In this document: positions 1 to 10,104 of the stretch, one piece after another | How the letters are laid out: each line of letters opens with the position of its first letter | Numbering within the stretch: position 1 is the stretch's first letter | Assembly (NCBI GenBank): GCA_965214935.1 | Contig: CBDCCS010000005.1 | Span: 1-60,330 of the forward strand | Length of the DNA stretch: 60,330 bases | Direction of reading: 5' to 3' | Origin: Candidatus Velthaea sp. | Lineage (GTDB): Bacteria > Vulcanimicrobiota > Vulcanimicrobiia > Vulcanimicrobiales > Vulcanimicrobiaceae | Notes under the pieces: model-generated | The model's database searches: none | Told to the model about the DNA's origin: nothing | The model's input: the letters and a program-made list of their open reading frames with translations, nothing else | Position numbers and translations under genes: made by a program

Positions 1-2
1 TC

Positions 3-248
3 AACCGCGGCGCGGGGTTCGCGGCAGCAACAAACACATATGCCGCTGCCGACGAGCCGGAGTTTCCGGAGGTTCCATTCCCCGCACCGGGGACGAGCCC
101 GGCGTCGACGACGCCTGGTCTGCCGATCGCGCGTAATGCTTTCGGTCTGCCGCCGCAAGCCGCGGGACAGAATGACGGCTTGCATTCAGCGGCCGAAACG
201 CCGGACGATTTCGGATGGGCGTGGGAACCGCCCGAGGCTAACGGCTAG
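3..248 (+). CDS. 3' fragment of a CDS running in from the left edge; Pro/Ala/acidic C-terminus, function unknown
   Basis: Frame 3 is open from the window start to TAG at 246-248 (...DEPEFPEVPFPAP...DDFGWAWEPPEANG*) and converges on the next minus-strand gene. Confidence 0.5.
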   Translation, partial: NRGAGFAAATNTYAAADEPEFPEVPFPAPGTSPASTTPGLPIARNAFGLPPQAAGQNDGLHSAAETPDDFGWAWEPPEANG

Positions 249-272
249 GCCGACGGCGCAGCGGATTCAATC

Positions 273-611
273 TTACGCTTTGCGAAAAGCCGCGACTTCA
301 ACGCGAACGCGAGCGATCAACTGTGCGATCTGGACGGGGACGAGCGGTGTGGTGCGGATGAGAACGACCGCCGCTTGAGCGCGCGCTGTAAGTGCGGTCA
401 ATTTCGTGCCGGACGACTCGATCCGCGACAAGTCGCCTTCGGCTTTGGCAATCAGCAGTGGTAACGCCGAACGATCGACCAGCTTGGTCACATGGCCGAG
501 GATCGAACCGATTTCCGTGATAATTCGCGGCACGATTCCGAAAAAAAACACACCGGCAACGGCAAACCAAGCAACGACGAACGTCCAGTAGACGAACGAA
601 TCGACGCTCAC
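273..611 (-). CDS. Hypothetical membrane protein with an N-terminal TM helix
   Basis: 112-aa ORF with hydrophobic N-terminus (FVYWTFVVAWFAVAGVFFFGIVP), 17 bp downstream of the FmdB gene. Confidence 0.65.
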   Translation of the reverse strand: MSVDSFVYWTFVVAWFAVAGVFFFGIVPRIITEIGSILGHVTKLVDRSALPLLIAKAEGDLSRIESSGTKLTALTARAQAAVVLIRTTPLVPVQIAQLIARVRVEVAAFRKA

Positions 612-628
612 GTGTGCGCTGCGCTCAC

Positions 629-946
629 TTAGGCAGCGTCCGGCGTCTTTGCAGCCGGGGTGGGGGCCGGCGAGGCCGCTGCGGCTGCCGGCGCGCCGGC
701 TGACGCCGCGGCCGGGGCCGCAGCGGCCGCGGCAGGTGCCGCGCCGGGTGCAGAATCGCTACTTCCGCCTTTACGCGAATCGGTGATATAGAAGCCCGAC
801 CCTTTGAACACGATCCCCGCCGGGTTGAACACGCGTGCCATAACGCCGCCGCAGTTGGCGCACGCCTCGGCGTAAACGTCGCCGAAGCCGTGACGTACTT
901 CGGCAATCGTGCGGCAATTTTTGCATTGATAATCGTACAGCGGCAA
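629..946 (-). CDS. FmdB-family zinc-ribbon protein with Ala/Pro-rich tail
   Basis: PLYDYQCKNC...CANCGG...IVFKGSGFYITD signature; TTG start at 946 preceded by GGAG. Confidence 0.9.
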   Translation of the reverse strand: MPLYDYQCKNCRTIAEVRHGFGDVYAEACANCGGVMARVFNPAGIVFKGSGFYITDSRKGGSSDSAPGAAPAAAAAAPAAASAGAPAAAAASPAPTPAAKTPDAA

Positions 947-1027
947 ACCAAACTCCGATACAAAAACGAACGGACCAGTCATGATTCTACCGATAGTAGC
1001 AGTGCGCGTCAACGACTGCTAATACAG

Positions 1028-1534
1028 CTAGAAATCTTCGAGCAGAGCTCCGGGCTTACGTTCGTATTCGGCAAGACCTTTGAAGTGCACGAGCGCATCG
1101 GCCAATGCAATGTCGACTTTGCGCCGATTCGTCAACCGATCGATCAACGCGCCGGCAACCCCACCATACGTTGGATAATCGATTCGCACGACGATCTTGG
1201 ACCGTTCGGTCTTGCTCTCGATCCGGAAATCAAATCGTCGACGTACCGAATAGGCACCGACGAGCGTTAAAACGTGATCTTGAATGAAGCCGTCGACTTC
1301 ATAGAGTTGTTCGTCCGCCTCTGCCAAACCGGATCGAACGGCAATCTCGCTACCCAAACCCAACGGCCGATGCGAATCGATGCGTCGTGCGCTGCGGAAA
1401 AAGGATAGCCAAACCGGCCATTTCTCAACTTCGCAGATCAGCGCGAAAGCCGTTTGAGCCGGCGTAGCGATGTCTTGACTGCGATGAATCAAGCGCGAAG
1501 CCGACCGGTCGAACGATACCTGCGGCAAAGCCAT
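1028..1534 (-). CDS. SRPBCC (START/polyketide cyclase-like) family protein
   Basis: I-x-x-P-x-x-x-AFALI-x-EVEKWPVW N-terminal pattern and C-terminal helix ALVHFKGLAE. Confidence 0.75.
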   Translation of the reverse strand: MALPQVSFDRSASRLIHRSQDIATPAQTAFALICEVEKWPVWLSFFRSARRIDSHRPLGLGSEIAVRSGLAEADEQLYEVDGFIQDHVLTLVGAYSVRRRFDFRIESKTERSKIVVRIDYPTYGGVAGALIDRLTNRRKVDIALADALVHFKGLAEYERKPGALLEDF

Positions 1535-1569
1535 GGGTCGGAGCGTTCAAGCTGTCAACGCCGTACCCT

Positions 1570-1641
1570 TGTGAATGAAGCACTATCTGTTGTGGGTTAC
1601 GTGTGAATAACCCCTAGTTGTTGTGGTAAGGCTGTGGAATT
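1570..1641. promoter_or_regulatory. Array of five co-oriented DnaA-box-like 9-mers
   Basis: TGTGAATGA 1570, TGTGGGTTA 1591, TGTGAATAA 1602 (exact TTWTNCACA on minus), TGTGGTAAG 1622, TGTGGAATT 1633; spacings 21/11/20/11. Confidence 0.55.
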
Positions 1642-1662
1642 CGCGTCTCGGCCGTCGCGAGC

Positions 1663-2286
1663 TTACGCCGCGGTGGCGTCGATAAGATTCGGACGCAGCA
1701 ATTCTTTGAGCCGCGCACGTGCGCGCGAAAGTCGCGACCGAACCGTGCCGATCGATATCCCGGTTGCCAGTGCAATCTCTTCGTATGAAAGATCGTCGAC
1801 CTCCCGCATTGCGACAACGTCACGGAACAATTCGGGCAAGGTCGCAATAGCGGCGGAAAACGTCTGATGCGTCATTGCGTCGTACGTTGCGCGAAACGGA
1901 TCGTCGGTGTCAGGCCGCTTGTCGCTAACGTCGATGAGCGCGTTTTGCAGGCGCATCAGGCGCGCGTCGGCACGTTTACGCTTTTTATTATGATCGAAGA
2001 AAACATTGACCGTAATACGATACAGCCATGTATAAAAAGACGATTGCCCGCGAAAGCGATGCAAATTGCGAAAAATCCGCAAGAACACTTCTTGCGTCAG
2101 ATCCTCGATATCGCCGGACGTGACGTTGAGTTGCGCGAGCAGACGGTGAACGGTCGACTCGTAACTTGACACGAGTTCATCGAAGGCTTCAGCGCGCCCG
2201 GCGCGATAAGCTTCGATTATTCGTAAGTCACGGGCGGCGCGCATCTGGCCTTCTGCAGCAAGCGCTTTACGCTGAGTTTGTAACAC
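1663..2286 (-). CDS. ECF sigma-70 factor (RpoE/SigW-like)
   Basis: Region 2 (EDLTQEVFLRIF...SSFYTWLYRITVN) and region 4 (LSYEEIA...IGTVRSRLSRAR). Confidence 0.92.
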   Translation of the reverse strand: MLQTQRKALAAEGQMRAARDLRIIEAYRAGRAEAFDELVSSYESTVHRLLAQLNVTSGDIEDLTQEVFLRIFRNLHRFRGQSSFYTWLYRITVNVFFDHNKKRKRADARLMRLQNALIDVSDKRPDTDDPFRATYDAMTHQTFSAAIATLPELFRDVVAMREVDDLSYEEIALATGISIGTVRSRLSRARARLKELLRPNLIDATAA

Positions 2287-2393
2287 GACTTCCTCCGAAA
2301 TCCGGCCCTATCGGCACCGGCCCCGAAGTAACGTACCATCGACCGACGGCGCATTCTGTAATATGGCCAACGGTAGCGCAAGCGTCCGGCGTG

Positions 2394-3572
2394 TCAGCTT
2401 GAAGCGACCTCTCCCTGGGTAATTCCTCGAGCAAAGGCAACGAGCGTTGAAATGCCGACCGGAATGGCCGCTTCATCGAGCCGGAAACGCGCGCTATGCA
2501 CGTAGTGGACCGCGCCGATCGCTTCGTTACGCACGCCGAGTCGAATGAGAATGCCCGGTACGCGTTGAGCAAAATAGGCAAAGTCTTCAGCACCCATCGT
2601 CGGCGCTAATTGATGCACGATAACCGGCGTGACTCGGCGCACGTACGCGCTAAAGGCATTCGCAAGAACCCGATCGTTGACGACCGGCGGATAACCGTAC
2701 GTAAGCGTCAGATCGGCCGTACATCCGTAACCGGTAGCTACCCCGTCGATGATGCGGCGCAGGCGTGTTTCGATCTGCGAACGGATGTCCGGATCGGTCG
2801 TACGCACCGTCCCCGTCAAGCGCACGGAGTCGGCGATGACGTTATTGCGGTAACCGCCGGCGATCGTGCCGACGGTGACAACGATCGCGGCCAGCGGATC
2901 GGTTTCGCGCGATGCGACGATTTGCAATGCGAGCACGATCGCGGCCGCGCAAGGAATCGGATCTTGCGCTTTATGCGGCGCCGCGCCGTGACCGCCCACG
3001 CCGTGCACCGTTACCGTAAATTCATCGGCAGCGGCGTTGACCGGGCCGGGCGTGATTGATACGGAACCCGTCGGTAATCGCACGTCGACATGCAGCATTG
3101 CGATCGCTTCGATCTTCGGCTCGGTGTCCATCACGCCGGCCTCGATCATCGGTAAGGCGCCGCCCGGACCTTCCTCGGCCGGCTGGAACAGCAAAATGAC
3201 ATTACCATGAAGCGACGCGCGGCCGGCTTGCAATACGTGCGCTGCACCGAGCAGCATTGCGGTATGCGCATCATGACCGCAGGCATGCATGCGGTCGGCC
3301 ACCTGCGAGCTACACGCTTCACCCGAGGCTTCCGCAATCGGCAACGCATCCATATCGGCGCGCAAGCCGGCGGTCCGGCCCGCAAGCGCGCCACGAATGA
3401 TGCCGACCACGCCGGTCTTCGCAACCCGCCGATGCTCGATGGCAAGCTCGTCGAGTTCGCGTTCGACGAGCGCCGCGGTCCGTTCTTCCTCGAAGCCAAG
3501 TTCAGGGTACCGATGAATCTCACGCCGCAATGCGATTGCGCGGTCCGCAATCGTACCGTCGACGGCCGGCAA
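2394..3572 (-). CDS. M20 family amidohydrolase (hippurate hydrolase/aminoacylase-like)
   Basis: Motifs RREIHRYPELGFEE, LRADMDALP, MHACGHDAH, FQPAEE, GAEDFAY. Confidence 0.93.
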   Translation of the reverse strand: MPAVDGTIADRAIALRREIHRYPELGFEEERTAALVERELDELAIEHRRVAKTGVVGIIRGALAGRTAGLRADMDALPIAEASGEACSSQVADRMHACGHDAHTAMLLGAAHVLQAGRASLHGNVILLFQPAEEGPGGALPMIEAGVMDTEPKIEAIAMLHVDVRLPTGSVSITPGPVNAAADEFTVTVHGVGGHGAAPHKAQDPIPCAAAIVLALQIVASRETDPLAAIVVTVGTIAGGYRNNVIADSVRLTGTVRTTDPDIRSQIETRLRRIIDGVATGYGCTADLTLTYGYPPVVNDRVLANAFSAYVRRVTPVIVHQLAPTMGAEDFAYFAQRVPGILIRLGVRNEAIGAVHYVHSARFRLDEAAIPVGISTLVAFARGITQGEVASS

Positions 3573-3594
3573 GGTCGCCTTCAGTTGTGCCGGC

Positions 3595-4671
3595 TCAGCT
3601 GCGATAGCGCAGAAACGCCGGTACTTCGATATCGTCCATGTTCACCGTCTTGACGGTATCGAAATCAAGTACCGATGCGGCTGCCGCGCCGGCTGCTGCG
3701 CGCGCCCCGTTCGGCCGTGAACCGAAACCGGCGGCCAGCACCGTAACCCGAACTTTGCCCTGCATGGCCGGATCGATCGATGCACCGAAAATGATCTGCG
3801 CCTCGGAATCAACGGCACGGCTGATCATCTCGGCTGCCTCGTTCACTTCGTACATCGACAGATCGGCGCCGCCGGTAATATTGAAGATAACACCGCGCGC
3901 ACCCTCGATCGTCGTTTCGAGCAACGGCGATGCAATGGCTTTCTGCGCCGCATCGGCCGCCCGGTGCTCGCCCGAACCTTCGCCGATTCCCATCATCGCA
4001 GAACCGGCGTCGGTCATGATCGTTTTAATATCCGCAAAATCGAGGTTGATCAAACCGGGCTGCGTGATGAGATCCGAAATGCCCTGAATGCCGGCACGCA
4101 AGACGTCGTCGGCAAACGTGAACGCTTCTTGCAGCGGCGTGCGCTTCTCAATGATTTGCAGGATGCGCTCGTTCGGGATGACGATGAGCGTGTCGACTTT
4201 GGACTCGAGTTCGGCGATGCCGCGCTCGGCCATCTGCATGCGCTTGCGGCCCTCGAAACCAAAGGGTTTCGTGACGACGGCGACGGTGAGTGCACCGGAC
4301 TCGCGAGCCAGTTCGGCAACCACGGAAGCCGCGCCGGTTCCCGTTCCGCCACCCATTCCGGCGGTGATAAAAACGAGGTCGGCGCCGTCGAGAATCATGC
4401 CGAGATCTTCACGCGATTCTTCGGCCGCTTCCCGGCCGATGTTCGGATTCGAACCGGCGCCAAGGCCGCGCGTAAGATTCGTACCGATCTGTACGGTATT
4501 CGGCGTGCCGCTGCTGCGCAGCGCTTGAACGTCGGTATTGAGCGCGTAGAAGTCAACGCCCGACAGACCTTTCTCGATCATGCGGTTGATGGCGTTACAA
4601 CCGCCGCCGCCCAGCCCGACGACCTTGATCGTTGCTGCGTGTTCGGGTACATACCGTTTTGCATCGGCCAT
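3595..4671 (-). CDS. ftsZ: Cell division protein FtsZ
   Basis: GMGGGTGTG tubulin motif, NLDFAD, C-terminal DIEVPAFLR; start moved to ATG 4671 behind GGAGG. Confidence 0.98.
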   Translation of the reverse strand: MADAKRYVPEHAATIKVVGLGGGGCNAINRMIEKGLSGVDFYALNTDVQALRSSGTPNTVQIGTNLTRGLGAGSNPNIGREAAEESREDLGMILDGADLVFITAGMGGGTGTGAASVVAELARESGALTVAVVTKPFGFEGRKRMQMAERGIAELESKVDTLIVIPNERILQIIEKRTPLQEAFTFADDVLRAGIQGISDLITQPGLINLDFADIKTIMTDAGSAMMGIGEGSGEHRAADAAQKAIASPLLETTIEGARGVIFNITGGADLSMYEVNEAAEMISRAVDSEAQIIFGASIDPAMQGKVRVTVLAAGFGSRPNGARAAAGAAAASVLDFDTVKTVNMDDIEVPAFLRYRS

Positions 4672-4728
4672 CGCGGTCGGATCCTCCAAAGGCGCAAAAA
4701 GTGGAAATTGTTCGCCGGGCATATGCCC

Positions 4729-5955
4729 TCAGCTCCAGATCGAGCTGAACCAAGATGAAAGTCGCGCGCTCGCCGTCGTCATCCGACTCGCCCGCCGGTT
4801 CGGCGACGCATCGCCGCGCGGTCCGAATAAGACCAGGCCGACCGCAGTCGCGTACTCTGGTTGGGTGACGGTCTCGATGAGGCCTGCGACCGTCGACGGA
4901 ACGCCGATGCGCACCGGCAACCCGAAAAGCTCTGCAGCGGTATCTTCGATGTTTCGCAAATGCGCGCCGCCGCCGGTGATGACCACTTCACCCAGCATCT
5001 GATCGCGCGGCACGTGCGCGGCGATGTTCGCTTTGGCCAACCGGAACAATTCTAAAATGCGCGGGACGACGATCGAACGCAAGTGCCCCGCGCTAACTTC
5101 GCGCGATGTGCGGCCGTCGAGCGTCTTGACGGCAAACGTCACGGCATCGCTGTCCGCCGCCGCCGTCGCACTCGAGCCGTACGCGCGTTTGATCGTTTCG
5201 GCTTCGGCAAATGTCGTCTTGAGGCCGAGCGCGATATCGTTGGTTAGGATATTGCCGCCGATCGGAATCATACCGCTATGCACGAGGCCGCCGCCGGCAT
5301 ACACCGCAATGTCGGTGGTACCGCCGCCGATGTCGAGCAAGACGACACCGATATGCTTTTCTTCCGGCAACAGCGTCGCCGCGGACGATGCCAGCGGCTC
5401 GAACACGATACCGGCGGTTTCCAGACCCGCCCGACTAACGCACTTCAAAACATTGGTGATAAAAGTCGAACCGCCGGTGACGATATGCGTGTCGACTTCA
5501 AGCCGCCCGCCCGACATGCCGATCGGATCGCTAACTCCATCTTGGCCGTCGATCGTGAAATGTCGTGGTAAGGCATGAATTATCTGCCGATCGGTCGCCA
5601 AATGAATGAACGTACTCGCGTCGACGACACGCCGGATATCGGCCGAGATGACTTCGCGATCGGCGCCGGCGACGGCAACGACGGCATGATTGTTCGTAGA
5701 GCTGATGTGTTCGCCGGTGACGCCGACGACAACCGTAGAAATATGGACGCCCGCCATGCGCTCCGCACGCTCGGTCGCAGCTTCGATCGATTTCACGGTC
5801 TCTTCGAGATCGGTGACGACGCCCTTACGCATGCCCAGCGACGGCGCTTCGCCGACACCGATTATTTCAAGACCGGCCGGACCGTTTGCGGCGATGACCG
5901 CGCACGTCTTGGTCGTGCCGATATCTAAGCCCGCGATCGTCTCGCCTCTAGCCAT
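4729..5955 (-). CDS. ftsA: Cell division protein FtsA
   Basis: GLDIGTTK, DIGGGTTD, ITGGGA, PEYATAVGL; amphipathic C-terminus; directly upstream of ftsZ. Confidence 0.97.
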   Translation of the reverse strand: MARGETIAGLDIGTTKTCAVIAANGPAGLEIIGVGEAPSLGMRKGVVTDLEETVKSIEAATERAERMAGVHISTVVVGVTGEHISSTNNHAVVAVAGADREVISADIRRVVDASTFIHLATDRQIIHALPRHFTIDGQDGVSDPIGMSGGRLEVDTHIVTGGSTFITNVLKCVSRAGLETAGIVFEPLASSAATLLPEEKHIGVVLLDIGGGTTDIAVYAGGGLVHSGMIPIGGNILTNDIALGLKTTFAEAETIKRAYGSSATAAADSDAVTFAVKTLDGRTSREVSAGHLRSIVVPRILELFRLAKANIAAHVPRDQMLGEVVITGGGAHLRNIEDTAAELFGLPVRIGVPSTVAGLIETVTQPEYATAVGLVLFGPRGDASPNRRASRMTTASARLSSWFSSIWS

Positions 5956-6027
5956 CGAACCGCCCGAATTGTACCACTGATACAAGATATTGTGGCTGCG
6001 ACGGCGTTTACCTACTAGTTGAAACGT

Positions 6028-6783
6028 TTATCGGTATTGAACCGTCGGTGTAGCGGGCGCGCGTAAATCAACGGTTTGGACGCGCTGACCGCCCGCGGCG
6101 GACGCCAAGACGGGGCCGACGAGTTTCGCCTTCTCCGGCAGGTCGGCGTCGTCACCGAACAAGAGCCGAATGCCGCGCGAGTCGACGGCAACGAGCTGGC
6201 CGTACGAATCATGGGCAATCGAACGCAGACCGACTCGCGCGGCGGCCAAAGCCCGGCCGTCATCGAGCAGCGTGGCAAGGCCGGGATCGGCAGCCGTGGT
6301 CCCCGGCGCGCCGAGGACACCACGCGCGAGCTCGATGCGCACGGCGTTTTGCTGCGCGCAGCCCGTCTGCAAGATACGCCGCTGCCGGTCGATCGTCACG
6401 ACGTCATTGCCGGACCGGACGCATGCGGCAGGCGCGCGTTCGATGACGGCGATGTCGATCTGCGCCGGCATCCGCCGGCTAATTTCAACTCGGTCGACAT
6501 ACGGAATCGTCTCGATCCGTCGAGCGATGCGTGCCGTATCGAGCAGCCACATATTTTGCCGGCGATCGATGTCGGCAGCGGCCGCTATTTGCGCCCGGGT
6601 CGTCACCGGTCCGCTGACTTGGATGTCGACGACATGCACCTTGAATTGGGGCAGCGTGACGAAGACATAGCCGCCATATGCGGTCACCGCTAATCCGCAG
6701 CAAATGAACACCCAAGCGATCCGCAAGCGCGTTCTGAGCGTCGGCTTGCGGCGGCGCCGCAACGCGCCGGAAGTTGACCTCAC
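6028..6783 (-). CDS. ftsQ: Cell division protein FtsQ/DivIB
   Basis: Basic N-terminus, one TM helix, POTRA-like IETIPYVDRVEISRRMP-x5-VIER, C-terminal VDLR; GTG start overlaps the HAD gene stop (GTGA). Confidence 0.85.
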   Translation of the reverse strand: MRSTSGALRRRRKPTLRTRLRIAWVFICCGLAVTAYGGYVFVTLPQFKVHVVDIQVSGPVTTRAQIAAAADIDRRQNMWLLDTARIARRIETIPYVDRVEISRRMPAQIDIAVIERAPAACVRSGNDVVTIDRQRRILQTGCAQQNAVRIELARGVLGAPGTTAADPGLATLLDDGRALAAARVGLRSIAHDSYGQLVAVDSRGIRLLFGDDADLPEKAKLVGPVLASAAGGQRVQTVDLRAPATPTVQYR

Positions 6784-7595
6784 GCCAATGCGTACCGTTC
6801 GATCGCTTCGGCAACGCCGTCGTGCTCGACATCGGCCACCACGGCGTCTGCGCGAGCGAGAAGTTCGGGCGGTCCCGAGCCCATTGCGACACCCATCCCG
6901 GCAGCCTGCAATAACGGTAAGTCGTTCCACGAATCGCCGACCGCGAGCGTCGCATCGACCGGAATGCCGTAATGGGCAGCGACGAACGCCAGCGCCCGTC
7001 CTTTGTCGACGTTGGGATCCAGCACTTCGACAAAATCCGGATGACTGCGGGTTACGTACGCGCGGCTGCCCAGCAGCGTCTTGAGCGTTTGCGTGTAGGC
7101 CGTGGCGCGCGCAGCTTCGTCGACCATAACGATCTTTAGCGTCGGCCGATTGGCAAAGCGCTCGTACAACGACGGCACGACAACCGGTTCGACGCGTGAA
7201 AGCTGCTTGTACTTCTCGCTGTAGCGATTGATTTCGTCGACGAACAACTCGTCGTCGGCGTAGCACTGAGCGTGCATCTTGTCGGCTTTCGCCTTGATCA
7301 GCACTTCGCGCGTGACGTCTTGGGCGACCGGCGTCTGCGCGATGAGCGCGCCGGTCGCGGCATCGAAGATACCCGCCCCCTGATAACAGACGACCGGCCC
7401 ATCGAGATGCAACGTCCGGGCATACGGCCGGGCCGCCGCGAACATGCGTCCCGTTACGATGGTAACGGCGATACCTTGCGCTTGCGCGCGGATGATACTT
7501 TCGCGTACCCGATCGCGCACGACGAGATCCGGACCGATAACCGTCCCGTCCAGATCGAGCGCGATAAGACGAATGGCAACGGCCGGACGAATCAC
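6780..7595 (-). CDS. Cof-type HAD-IIB family hydrolase
   Basis: DLDGT, VTGRM, VDKGRAL, GDSWNDLPLL motifs. Confidence 0.93.
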   Translation of the reverse strand: MIRPAVAIRLIALDLDGTVIGPDLVVRDRVRESIIRAQAQGIAVTIVTGRMFAAARPYARTLHLDGPVVCYQGAGIFDAATGALIAQTPVAQDVTREVLIKAKADKMHAQCYADDELFVDEINRYSEKYKQLSRVEPVVVPSLYERFANRPTLKIVMVDEAARATAYTQTLKTLLGSRAYVTRSHPDFVEVLDPNVDKGRALAFVAAHYGIPVDATLAVGDSWNDLPLLQAAGMGVAMGSGPPELLARADAVVADVEHDGVAEAIERYALA

Positions 7596-7726
7596 GACCG
7601 TTCAAGTACGCGTGCAAGCGCCGTGACTCCGCTTCCTTGCAGCACTCAAAGCGCGCTCGGGCAACTGATTGTACTGCCGTTACCTGCGCCGCTGAACAAG
7701 CCGACCTCACCGCTCCGACAGTTACT

Positions 7727-7765
7727 TTGCACGCCGGGCTTGGGATGCTAACGTATTACCGTTAG
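7727..7765 (+). promoter_or_regulatory. Candidate katE promoter with overlapping inverted repeat
   Basis: TTGCAC-16-TAACGT with extended TG; CTAACG-N6-CGTTAG at 7748-7765. Confidence 0.35.
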
Positions 7766-7812
7766 ATGGTCGCCGGTCGACTCGTTGAAGCGGCGCCATC
7801 ACGAAGGAGCGT

Positions 7813-9972
7813 ATGGACAAAGATTCGACATTGCCGCTGCACAGCAACGTGCGCGGCCCCCATCCGAATGATACGACGGCCAAAGTCGTCGCACTCAATG
7901 CGGATCGTTCGGTCGCTAGCGGTCGGCCGCTAACGAGCAACACCGGCGTGAAAATCGCCGACGATCAAAATCAACTTCGCATCGGTGCGCGCGGGCCGAC
8001 ATTACTCGAAGACAATTTTTACCGCGAGAAGATGATGCATTTCGACCACGAGCGGATTCCCGAACGCGTGGTGCATGCCCGCGGTGCCGCCGCTCATGGT
8101 TATTTCGAGGTCTACAAGCCGCTCGGCGCATATACGCGCGCCCAATTCTTGAACGAACCCGATGTAAAAACGCCGGTTTTCGTGCGCTTCTCGACGGTCG
8201 GCGGTTCGCGCGGCTCGGCGGACACGGCGCGCGACGTACGCGGCTTCGCCGTCAAATTTTATACCCAGGAAGGCAACTTCGATCTCGTCGGCAACAACAT
8301 GCCGGTCTTTTTCATTCAGGACGCGATCAAGTTTCCGGACTTCGTGCATGCCGTGAAACCGGAGCCGGATCGCGAGATACCGCAAGCGTCTTCGGCCCAC
8401 GATACGCTCTATGATTTCGTATCGTTAACGCCCGAATCAACGCACATGATGCTCTGGTTGATGTCCGATCGCGCCATTCCGCGCTCGTATCGGATGATGG
8501 AAGGTTTCGGCGTTCACACATTTCGCTTAGTCAACGCGCAAGGCGCGTCGCACTTCGTCAAGTGGCACTGGAAACCGATGCTCGGACTGCACTCGCTGGT
8601 TTGGGACGAAGCGCAAAAGATTGCCGGGCGCGATCCTGACTTTCATCGGCGTGACTTATGGGATGCAATTGCCGACGGCAACCACCCGCAATGGGAACTC
8701 GGGTTGCAGATTTTCACCGAGAAGCAAGCCGAGACGTTCGGCTTCGACGTGCTCGATGCGACCAAACTTATTCCCGAAGAGCTCGTGCCGGTGCAACGCG
8801 TCGGCAAAATGACGCTCGATCGCAACGTCGATAATTACTTTGCCGAAACCGAACAGGTCGCGTTTTGCACGACGCATATCGTACCGGGCATCGACTTCTC
8901 GAACGATCCGCTTCTGCAAGGACGGAACTTCTCGTATCCCGATACGCAGCTCTCGCGCTTGGGCAGTCCGAACTTCAACGACATTCCGATCAACCGGCCG
9001 GTGTGTCCGTTCTCAAACAATCAGCGCGACGCCAAGTTTCGGCGACCGATCGACGTCGGCCGGGTTTCGTATTTTCCCAATTCGATCGACAAGAACACGC
9101 CGCACGAAGTCGGCACCGTTCAAGGCGGTTACGAGTCGTATCCGGCGACGGTTTCCGGTTCGGCGCGGCGCATCCGCAGCGATTCGTTCGGCGATCACTT
9201 CACCCAAGCGCTGCTGTTTTGGCGCAGCCAAACGGCGCCCGAGCAAGATCACATTGTCGACGCGTTTCGATTCGAGCTGGCGAAAGTCCAGATTCCGGAC
9301 ATTCGCGAGCGTATGGTCGGCAATCTTGCACTTGTCGATTCAAAGCTCGCGCAACGCGTTGCCGACGCGCTGGGCTTCGCCGCCGATGCGCATGCAGGCG
9401 TCAATAACGGCTTTGCGAAGGGTGCGGCCCATCCGTCGCCCGCGTTGAGCATCTTGGCGTCACCCAAAAAGCCGTCTCTCGTCACGCGCAAAGTCGCGAT
9501 TCTCGCCGCGGACGGCGTAAACATCGCCGACATCGAAACCGTTGGAAAGATGCTGCAGTCGCAGGGCGCCAAAGTTGCCGTATTGTCATCGCACTTAGGC
9601 CGGCTCAGCGGTACGAACGGCGGCAGCCTCGCCGTTGATTATCGCATCATCGCCGAACCGTCGGTGCTATGGGATGCCGTCTTTGTGCCCGGCGGGGCAG
9701 CTAGCGTGAAAACGCTCGCGCAGTCCGGTGCCGCGCTGTTGTTTGTCCGCGAACAATACAAACATGCAAAGCCGATCTGTGCGTTCGGCGATGGCGTTGC
9801 ACTGCTCGAAACAGCCGGCATCGGCAGCGGCGATCCGGCCGCTGCTCAGGCCCTCGGCGTTGTTGTCGGTAATGCGGCAGCTCCACAAAACGGCGGTCCG
9901 GCCGCATTTGCAGCGGCGATCGCGCAAGGCCGCTTCTTCAATCGCACCGACATGGATGCGATGCCGGCCTAA
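7813..9972 (+). CDS. katE: Large-subunit monofunctional catalase (HPII) with C-terminal DJ-1/PfpI-like domain
   Basis: [29 protein letters not shown], proximal motif [11 protein letters not shown]; 719 aa; AAGGAG RBS. Confidence 0.96.
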   Translation: MDKDSTLPLHSNVRGPHPNDTTAKVVALNADRSVASGRPLTSNTGVKIADDQNQLRIGARGPTLLEDNFYREKMMHFDHERIPERVVHARGAAAHGYFEVYKPLGAYTRAQFLNEPDVKTPVFVRFSTVGGSRGSADTARDVRGFAVKFYTQEGNFDLVGNNMPVFFIQDAIKFPDFVHAVKPEPDREIPQASSAHDTLYDFVSLTPESTHMMLWLMSDRAIPRSYRMMEGFGVHTFRLVNAQGASHFVKWHWKPMLGLHSLVWDEAQKIAGRDPDFHRRDLWDAIADGNHPQWELGLQIFTEKQAETFGFDVLDATKLIPEELVPVQRVGKMTLDRNVDNYFAETEQVAFCTTHIVPGIDFSNDPLLQGRNFSYPDTQLSRLGSPNFNDIPINRPVCPFSNNQRDAKFRRPIDVGRVSYFPNSIDKNTPHEVGTVQGGYESYPATVSGSARRIRSDSFGDHFTQALLFWRSQTAPEQDHIVDAFRFELAKVQIPDIRERMVGNLALVDSKLAQRVADALGFAADAHAGVNNGFAKGAAHPSPALSILASPKKPSLVTRKVAILAADGVNIADIETVGKMLQSQGAKVAVLSSHLGRLSGTNGGSLAVDYRIIAEPSVLWDAVFVPGGAASVKTLAQSGAALLFVREQYKHAKPICAFGDGVALLETAGIGSGDPAAAQALGVVVGNAAAPQNGGPAAFAAAIAQGRFFNRTDMDAMPA

Positions 9973-10024
9973 CGCCGAGGACGTTAGCCGGCGACCGAAC
10001 GGACAGGTCCAGCCGTTTGAGATA

Positions 10025-10053
10025 AAAAGGCCGCGCTTCTCGTGCGGCCTTTT
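10025..10053. terminator. Bidirectional intrinsic terminator
   Basis: AAAAGGCCGC-gcttctcgt-GCGGCCTTTT between convergent katE and the Tat-signal gene. Confidence 0.85.
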
Positions 10054-10104
10054 CTATTTGCTTTTCTGTACCGCTATAAATTTGTCGTCTCGGTCGTTGA
10101 CCGG

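Noticed and set aside
640..750. GC-rich GCCGC repeats
   Set aside because: They encode the Ala/Pro tail of the FmdB protein; not a CRISPR array or mobile repeat
1530..1558. Perfect TTGACA upstream of the SRPBCC gene
   Set aside because: The matching -10 position falls on the start codon and reads CATGGC, so no credible sigma-70 promoter
6784..7710. 560-aa ORF suggesting a long N-terminal extension of FtsQ
   Set aside because: The extension is an off-frame read of the HAD gene; FtsQ-like sequence begins at GTG 6783
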